From the NCBI GenBank assembly GCA_024679065.1, contig JAGIQG010000008.1, positions 86,242,001-86,306,000 on the forward strand: 64,000 bases of DNA, given 5' to 3'. Shown here piece by piece: positions 61,901-64,000 of this stretch. Position 1 is the stretch's first letter. Every line of letters begins with the position of its first letter. Position numbers and translations under genes: made by a program. The notes beneath the pieces were generated by a model, which saw nothing but the letters and a program-made list of their open reading frames with translations, was not told the origin of the DNA and did not search any database. Source of the DNA: Sphyrna mokarran. Lineage: Eukaryota.

Positions 61901-61975
61901 CACATTCCTGAGGAACTAATTGCCACTTCTCCAGATGAATATTCTGCACCCATAAAATAACAAGGACAATCATTC
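1690..61975 (-). CDS. OTOG: Otogelin, internal part of gene (13 coding exons; E2-TIL'-E'-VWD3-C8-AbfB); gene extends beyond both window ends
   Basis: 13 GT-AG exons with matching phases join into a stop-free frame (1682 nt). Peptides such as [42 protein letters not shown] and NKVLGKGPY match my recollection of mammalian OTOG better than OTOGL. Confidence 0.92.
1985..2175 (-). mobile_element. Deu-domain SINE (SacSINE1-like), 3' part
   Basis: Reverse complement resembles the tail of the 37525-37917 copy (TTTCCTACATTGCAACAGCGACTAC...GTAAAGTGCTTTG). Confidence 0.55.
3893..4060 (-). CDS. OTOG: OTOG exon (168 nt, phase 1-1): [15 protein letters not shown]...[13 protein letters not shown](D), AbfB first part
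   Basis: Acceptor TTCTTCCTGCAG, donor GTAAGT; not in the ORF track because it has no start codon. Confidence 0.92.
4670..5017 (-). mobile_element. L2/CR1-clade LINE (second family), 3' end
   Basis: Tail motif GCATTTGTTGCCCATCCCTAA...GTGGTGAACTGC, shared with 20535, 45955-46070 (+) and 62780-62910. Confidence 0.65.
5901..6100. mobile_element. MITE inserted in a Penelope-like terminal fragment (5795-6380)
   Basis: Imperfect TIRs GGAATTCTCT / AGAGAATTTTGCCC; flanking AAACAGAAATTGCTGAAAATACTCAG is related to 54965-55100. Confidence 0.55.
6385..6575 (+). mobile_element. HE1-like V-SINE, 3' half with CR1-type tail
   Basis: GGTTAGGTTGATTGGCCA...AAATTGCCCCTTAGTG...GGCCGAATGGCCT...GGATTTCTATGA, colinear with 60866-61190. 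Confidence 0.8.
7035..7061 (-). CDS. OTOG: OTOG microexon (27 nt, phase 1-1): (P)YDCEYYNK(V)
   Basis: Strong pyrimidine tract CTCTTTTCCTTTCTTTCAG and donor GTAAGA; links C8-3 to AbfB in frame. Confidence 0.9.
8027..8183 (-). CDS. OTOG: OTOG exon (157 nt, phase 0-1): [53 protein letters not shown]8-3
   Basis: Acceptor ATCATTCAG, donor GTAAGT; C8 motif DTC-x-C...C-x-C-x-C...AYA-xx-C...WR. Confidence 0.96.
8783..9855. mobile_element. About 1.07-kb non-autonomous TIR element (Harbinger-like)
   Basis: Imperfect TIRs GGCCGTGATTCTCC / GGAGAATCCCACGC; GC-rich interior similar to 44817-45830. Confidence 0.6.
11344..11460 (-). CDS. OTOG: OTOG exon (117 nt, phase 0-0): [40 protein letters not shown]8-3 first half
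   Basis: Acceptor TTTTTTCCAG, donor GTGAGT; C8 cysteine pattern. Confidence 0.95.
12038..12558. mobile_element. Penelope-like element 3' fragment (GIY-YIG plus pseudo-LTR) with inverted 5' segment
   Basis: Homologous to 18682-19390; 12038-12146 is on the minus strand and 12147-12558 on the plus strand. Confidence 0.8.
12645..12858 (+). mobile_element. tRNA-derived SINE (third family)
   Basis: A-box-like CGCTCAGTTGG and degenerate B-box GTGTTTAATTCC; ends GACTTTACTTA. Confidence 0.55.
13953..14083. mobile_element. About 130-bp MITE with 3-bp ATG direct flanks, inserted in a CR1 tail; related copy in opposite orientation at 61643-61776
   Basis: TIRs GGCAGGAATTCTC / GAGAATATCGGCC; ATG at 13950-13952 and 14084-14086 (a 3-bp TSD fits PIF/Harbinger). 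Confidence 0.6.
14530..14649 (-). CDS. OTOG: OTOG exon (120 nt, phase 0-0): [40 protein letters not shown], end of VWD3
   Basis: Acceptor TTTCCCACAG, donor GTAAAT; GLCGNFD and FG-x-SW VWD motifs. Confidence 0.95.
16222..16368 (-). CDS. OTOG: OTOG exon (147 nt, phase 0-0): [52 protein letters not shown]3
   Basis: Acceptor TCTTCTCAG, donor GTAAGA; WD-x-RTTV motif. Confidence 0.93.
17205..17339 (-). CDS. OTOG: OTOG exon (135 nt, phase 0-0): [48 protein letters not shown]3
   Basis: Acceptor TTTTCTGGCAG, donor GTAAGT; EN-x-DC...IC-x-K VWD motif. Confidence 0.93.
18219..18357 (-). CDS. OTOG: OTOG exon (139 nt, phase 2-0): [31 protein letters not shown]...CKVYLVK, E'/start of VWD3
   Basis: Acceptor CCTTTTAG, donor GTAAAG; VWD signature C-xx-YGD-x-HY-x-TFDG. 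Confidence 0.95.
18682..19390 (-). mobile_element. Penelope-like retroelement 3' fragment (degraded GIY-YIG endonuclease plus pseudo-LTR)
   Basis: Minus strand reads [26 protein letters not shown] (GIY-YIG motif) with stops and frameshifts, followed by a hammerhead motif and AATAAA. Confidence 0.88.
18733..18769 (-). ncRNA. Minimal hammerhead ribozyme motif of a Penelope pseudo-LTR
   Basis: TCAC-CTGATGA-A-GGAAC-AAC-GCTCT-GAA-AGCT-C-GTGA: stem I TCAC/GTGA, intact core CUGAUGA...GAAA, palindromic AGCT as stem III, UC cleavage site; stem II has one mismatch and one G-U. Confidence 0.7.
19628..20038 (+). mobile_element. CR1 LINE 3' fragment (degraded)
   Basis: [10 protein letters not shown]...TRGH-like ORF2 C-terminus followed by a 3' tail. 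Confidence 0.8.
20040..21780 (-). mobile_element. Degraded L2/CR1-clade LINE fragments (same family as 4670-5017)
   Basis: 3' tail begins at about 20535 (TTTTTTATACATTCATGAGATGT...); decayed RT-like sequence follows. Confidence 0.6.
23214..23321 (-). CDS. OTOG: OTOG exon (108 nt, phase 2-2): [39 protein letters not shown]'/E'
   Basis: Acceptor TTTTACCAG, donor GTAAGT; CPC-W-G-EY-PG motif. Confidence 0.93.
24915..26145 (+). mobile_element. tRNA-derived SINE with L2-like tail, split by an insertion of about 910 bp (25126-26031)
   Basis: A box TGGCATAGTGG, B box GGTTTGAATCC; body stops at CCATCCTTAACCCAG and resumes at ACCCAGTCTGGCCTACATG; tail ACTAGGGATGGGAATTAAATGCT matches the 4670/45955 LINE tail. 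Confidence 0.75.
25126..26031 (+). mobile_element. 5'-truncated CR1 with extended 3' region containing a V-SINE core, ending in (GTTCTTT)n
   Basis: ORF2 C-terminus ([10 protein letters not shown]...TRGH), then about 200 bp unique sequence, V-domain at about 25765-25850 and a CR1-type tail. Confidence 0.75.
26160..27075 (+). mobile_element. Degraded CR1 LINE, apparently internally deleted
   Basis: Endonuclease start ([12 protein letters not shown]...YDVVAVT) at about 26410-26505 joins ORF2 C-terminal sequence (LYKALVRP...) at about 26600. Confidence 0.65.
29460..30423. mobile_element. Old non-autonomous repeat with purine-rich low-complexity core; related copy in opposite orientation at about 51563-52300
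   Basis: Mutual reverse-complement similarity at both ends; internal direct repeat of about 43 bp (GGTAAGGTGGGTGAAGAGATAGGATGGGTAAG) at about 29811 and 29927. Confidence 0.5.
31000..31621 (-). mobile_element. CR1 LINE 3' fragment
   Basis: ORF 31181-31528 ([35 protein letters not shown]); CR1 tail at about 31000-31060. Confidence 0.88.
32907..33055 (-). mobile_element. HE1-like V-SINE 3' half
   Basis: Reverse complement of the 6385-6575 and 61040-61190 tails. Confidence 0.8.
34242..34808. mobile_element. Penelope pseudo-LTR pair in inverted orientation, with 15-bp TSD
   Basis: TGTTGTTGCAATTAT at 34227-34241 and 34809-34823; arms homologous to the termini at 18682-18765 and 12483-12558. Confidence 0.82.
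34461..34790 (+). mobile_element. Full-length HE1-like V-SINE inserted in the Penelope arm
   Basis: A box TAGCACAGTCG, B box GGTTCGATTCC, V-domain, CR1-type tail; the Penelope end resumes as TGTTGTGAGATTTCTTATTG. Confidence 0.88.
35314..36641. repeat. Inverted repeat pair of about 165 bp (35314-35478 and 36482-36641)
   Basis: Colinear reverse-complement alignment with a 39-bp perfect core (35416-35454 vs 36506-36544). Confidence 0.9.
35521..35799 (+). mobile_element. Second, younger-looking CR1 3' end
   Basis: [18 protein letters not shown]-like coding tail, several CpGs retained, (GTTCTAT)n terminus. Confidence 0.85.
37525..37917 (+). mobile_element. Deu-domain SINE (SacSINE1-like), degraded; further pieces at about 28170-28260 and 46845-47070/47762-47838
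   Basis: TGTCAGAGGTGCCTTTAAGTTGAGACTTTAAAC resembles the Deu core; tail CAACAGTGACTACACTTTAAAA...GTAAAGCACT. Confidence 0.65.
40779..41906 (-). mobile_element. V-SINE (alternative tail) split by a CR1 insertion
   Basis: tRNA head and V-domain start at 41811-41906; remainder and tail at 40779-40980. Confidence 0.82.
40981..41802 (+). mobile_element. Young 5'-truncated CR1 LINE; ORF2 C-terminus open for about 240 codons
   Basis: [20 protein letters not shown]...[15 protein letters not shown]...TRGHSFKL...WNALP with no stops up to 41713; (GTTCTAT)n tail; ATATATAT on both sides. Confidence 0.95.
42339..42465. repeat. Near-perfect palindrome: 58-bp stem, 4-nt loop
   Basis: Arms 42339-42403 and 42408-42465 differ by one mismatch and a 7-nt duplication in the left arm. 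Confidence 0.95.
44817..45830. mobile_element. About 1.0-kb non-autonomous TIR element (Harbinger-like)
   Basis: TIRs GGAGGTGATTCTCCCA / TGGGAGAATCGTCCCA, flanked by TTA and TAA; related to 8783-9855. Confidence 0.65.
51132..51330. mobile_element. MITE containing a long G-tract (51196-51248)
   Basis: Ends GGGCAGAATTTTCC / GAAAAATTCC; internal multi-run G tract. Confidence 0.55.
52863..53028 (-). CDS. OTOG: OTOG exon (166 nt, phase 1-2): [13 protein letters not shown]...[32 protein letters not shown]' domain
   Basis: Acceptor TTTACAG, donor GTAAGT; TIL cysteine pattern. Confidence 0.92.
55215..57912 (-). mobile_element. PIF/Harbinger-type transposon remnant with a pseudogenised, intron-containing Myb/SANT-like gene
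   Basis: [22 protein letters not shown]...[11 protein letters not shown]...TGKQC (Myb/SANT-like, 56874-57095, donor GTGAG), ERAK...[11 protein letters not shown] segment, heptad coiled coil ([26 protein letters not shown]); stops and frameshifts; boundaries approximate. Confidence 0.7.
57113..57390 (+). mobile_element. 5'-truncated V-SINE with alternative tail; tail-only copy at about 54285-54440 (-)
   Basis: B box GGTTCAATTTC, V-domain, tail GGGGATTTTCACAGTAAGTTCATTGCAGTGTTAATGTAAGCCTACTTGTGATACTAATAAATAAACTTT. Confidence 0.8.
58852..58895 (-). CDS. OTOG: OTOG exon (44 nt, phase 2-1): (W)[14 protein letters not shown](G), end of E2
   Basis: Acceptor ATTTTCAG, donor GTAAGT; supplies the phase 2-to-1 bridge needed between the flanking exons; CxxGVM motif. 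Confidence 0.8.
60866..61190 (+). mobile_element. Full-length HE1-like V-SINE
   Basis: A box TGGCACAGTGG, B box GAGTTCAATTC, V-domain (GAGTTTGCTCACTCTCCCTGTGTCTGCTTGGGTTTCCTCAGGGTGCTCCAGTTTCCTCCCA), CR1-type tail ending TTCTATGA. Confidence 0.9.
61901..61975 (-). CDS. OTOG: OTOG exon (75 nt, phase 2-2): [24 protein letters not shown], end of TIL2/start of E2
   Basis: Acceptor TTTTGCAG (AG at 61977-61976), donor GTAAGT (61900); CPC motif of a TIL/E junction. Confidence 0.88.
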
Positions 61976-64000
61976 CTGCAAAAGTTAATTACATCATTTC
62001 AAATCTTATTTCTACAATACATTCACTAAATTCATGTATGTTTTTGCTATTGGGAAACTGTATGGATTAAATATAATACTTCAAATTGCTATCAAAAATC
62101 AGTTTTGAAATATGAATAGAAAAACAATGGTCCCAGGGTAGATGAGATTTTTGCTTAAGCCATACTTAAAGTGAGCATCATTTTTCCAGATACATTTTAT
62201 ATCGTAACATGTAACTTGATTATGCTGAGAAGTGCTGATTATCAAGGTATATGTTAAAGTAAATACTTATTTTATAGATTCTAAATCTCTTTTCAGAAGG
62301 GTCCACAAAACAGATTAACATCCATAGTTCAGCTATGCGTACACATTAATATATTTACAGTCAACTTTATTAAATGTGTGGTCTATAATTGGAAGTGCTA
62401 GTTGCTGTATTGTGACAAAGCCTATAAATTTCTAAATTAGCGTGAAAGTTGTTGTGTTAACTAATGCTTCATTTTGATAATGGAAATCTCAGAAGTGGTA
62501 ACTATGGCTTTTGAAAAATTTGAATGTTAAAAGCCTTCGCCAGCCTTGGAAATTACCTATTCCCAGTTATCACTGGCTTCTCTCCTCTTATGTTTTTCTA
62601 GAGACATCCAGAACCATTAATTGAATTAAACAACAATTTAACATAAATTTATAGATTACAAACTCACAATAAAGCCAACCAGGACATATTTTTCAATGAG
62701 AGAATTTTCAGTAGTCGTTAGGAGAGATTTTGGTGAAGTGATGGAGACCTCTCTTGGGTTCTTTCCACTCTTTCAGGGAGTTTGGGCATCACTGGCTAGG
62801 CCAGCATTTATTGCCCATCTCTAATTGCCCTTGAGAAGTGATGGTGAACTGCATTCTTGAACCGCTATGGTGCATGTGGCATTGGTACATACAAAGCATT
62901 TTGACCCACTTTACCATAACATTGTCAGGGGAAAACAATCAAGAGCCAGCTGGAGGGCAGGGGGTCCGGGGGGAGGGGGGGGTGGCGGCTGCATTTTAGG
63001 TCAGCAGAGGGCCAGCAGCTTCAGATCTTCATGGTGTAGCTGAGAAAGTTGACCAGTGCTAAGGCCAAAAAAAGAATGCACAGGTACTTCCATTCTGAGT
63101 GACCGCAGAAGGTTGAGCATTACATAAATTCATAGCTAGGCCTGGCTGGCTGAGGCCCAGAGAATGGAGCTAAAATCCTTTTAGTGAAAGAAGTGAGGCT
63201 GTCAGAGTACCATTCACTGCTGGCAGCCCACTTTATGTAGCATGAGCCCCCAGTTCTAATGCCCAATCCCCTGGAAGCCACTGTGAGGCTATGGGCTGCC
63301 TGTCGTGCCAATGGTAAAATGCCAATAGTTTGGGAAAATTATCCTTAAATTGCACCATTAATCACTTAAATTAGCTGCCTGTTGAAGAAAGATGTGTAAC
63401 TAACTTGTTGCCATTGCTGAGAAGTTTCCCAGTGGTAGGCTATGCCTGGTAGTCATCTTGATGTAGCCACATGGCATTCAGCTAACTGGGCAGTGGGTAG
63501 AATTCCGCCAACAATCTCCACAAAACTTATGGCAACAATTATATTCTATGCATCATATAATTAAAGAATATCTTATCCTAAAGAAACCAGTAGCTGAATT
63601 TCCAGTTGGGAAGCTGAACTATGTTCTTTTGGAAAAGAATGTGTTAGGAAATTACTGGTTGTTTTGCTGCACGATTTTGCAATATAAGACAGCTGCATTC
63701 CACAAACAGAATAATATAAAATTACAACTGGGAGTGCTTCCAAAAAGTAGGAGCTTATTAACCCCATTAACTGCACTAAACAATCTGAAAGAATATAAAG
63801 CTGTGTAGGATTGTGAATATCAAAAATTGATTAATCAGCAGAGGAGTATCAAAGTTACTGTAACATAACACTATTGACAACTAGTTGACCCACTGGGAAG
63901 TAACGCCGAAGTGAACAGAGAAAGTTTCAAGTGTCTTTTCTGTTTCAGTAATATGTGCAAAACATTTACTTCAAATACAGCACAAAGGTTTTCAGCCATT

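Noticed and set aside
1690-61975. Assignment as OTOGL, VWF or a gel-forming mucin
   Set aside because: The AbfB insert excludes VWF and mucins; recalled diagnostic peptides ([20 protein letters not shown]-x-L at the AbfB end) favour OTOG over OTOGL. A reciprocal BLAST or synteny check would settle it.
1-64000. CRISPR arrays, operons, rRNA or other prokaryotic systems; additional OTOG exons in 1-1689 or 61976-64000
   Set aside because: No regularly spaced repeats or gene-dense regions; the expected flanking TIL exons were not found and presumably lie outside the window. The remaining short ORFs fall in TEs or look like chance ORFs.

Overview
Eukaryotic, AT-rich, intron-dominated vertebrate DNA. 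It is almost certainly from a shark or other elasmobranch, inferred from HE1-like V-SINEs, Deu-domain SINEs and the CR1 and Penelope families present. The whole window lies inside one large minus-strand gene, otogelin (OTOG). I read 13 internal coding exons by hand (61975 down to 1690). All have GT-AG boundaries and compatible phases, and they splice into a stop-free frame of 1682 nt (560 full codons) covering E2, TIL', E', VWD3, C8-3 and AbfB. Start and stop codons lie outside the window. The introns, one of them about 29.5 kb, are packed with decayed and nested transposable elements: CR1 and L2-like LINEs, several tRNA-derived SINE families, Penelope-like elements with minimal hammerhead ribozyme motifs, a Gypsy-type integrase remnant, a PIF/Harbinger Myb/SANT pseudogene and many MITEs. 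Most notable: (1) apparent coordinated loss of both cysteines of one disulfide in the otogelin E2 module; (2) a near-perfect 58-bp-stem hairpin with a template-switch signature; (3) a CR1 copy that seems to carry a V-SINE core in its 3' UTR; (4) a multi-layer TE nest containing an inverted Penelope terminus with a 15-bp TSD; (5) an unexplained inverted duplication of about 165 bp. I found no evidence of a wholly new gene system. Family assignments and human/VWF comparisons come from recalled motifs, not database searches. TE boundaries are approximate unless a TSD is given.
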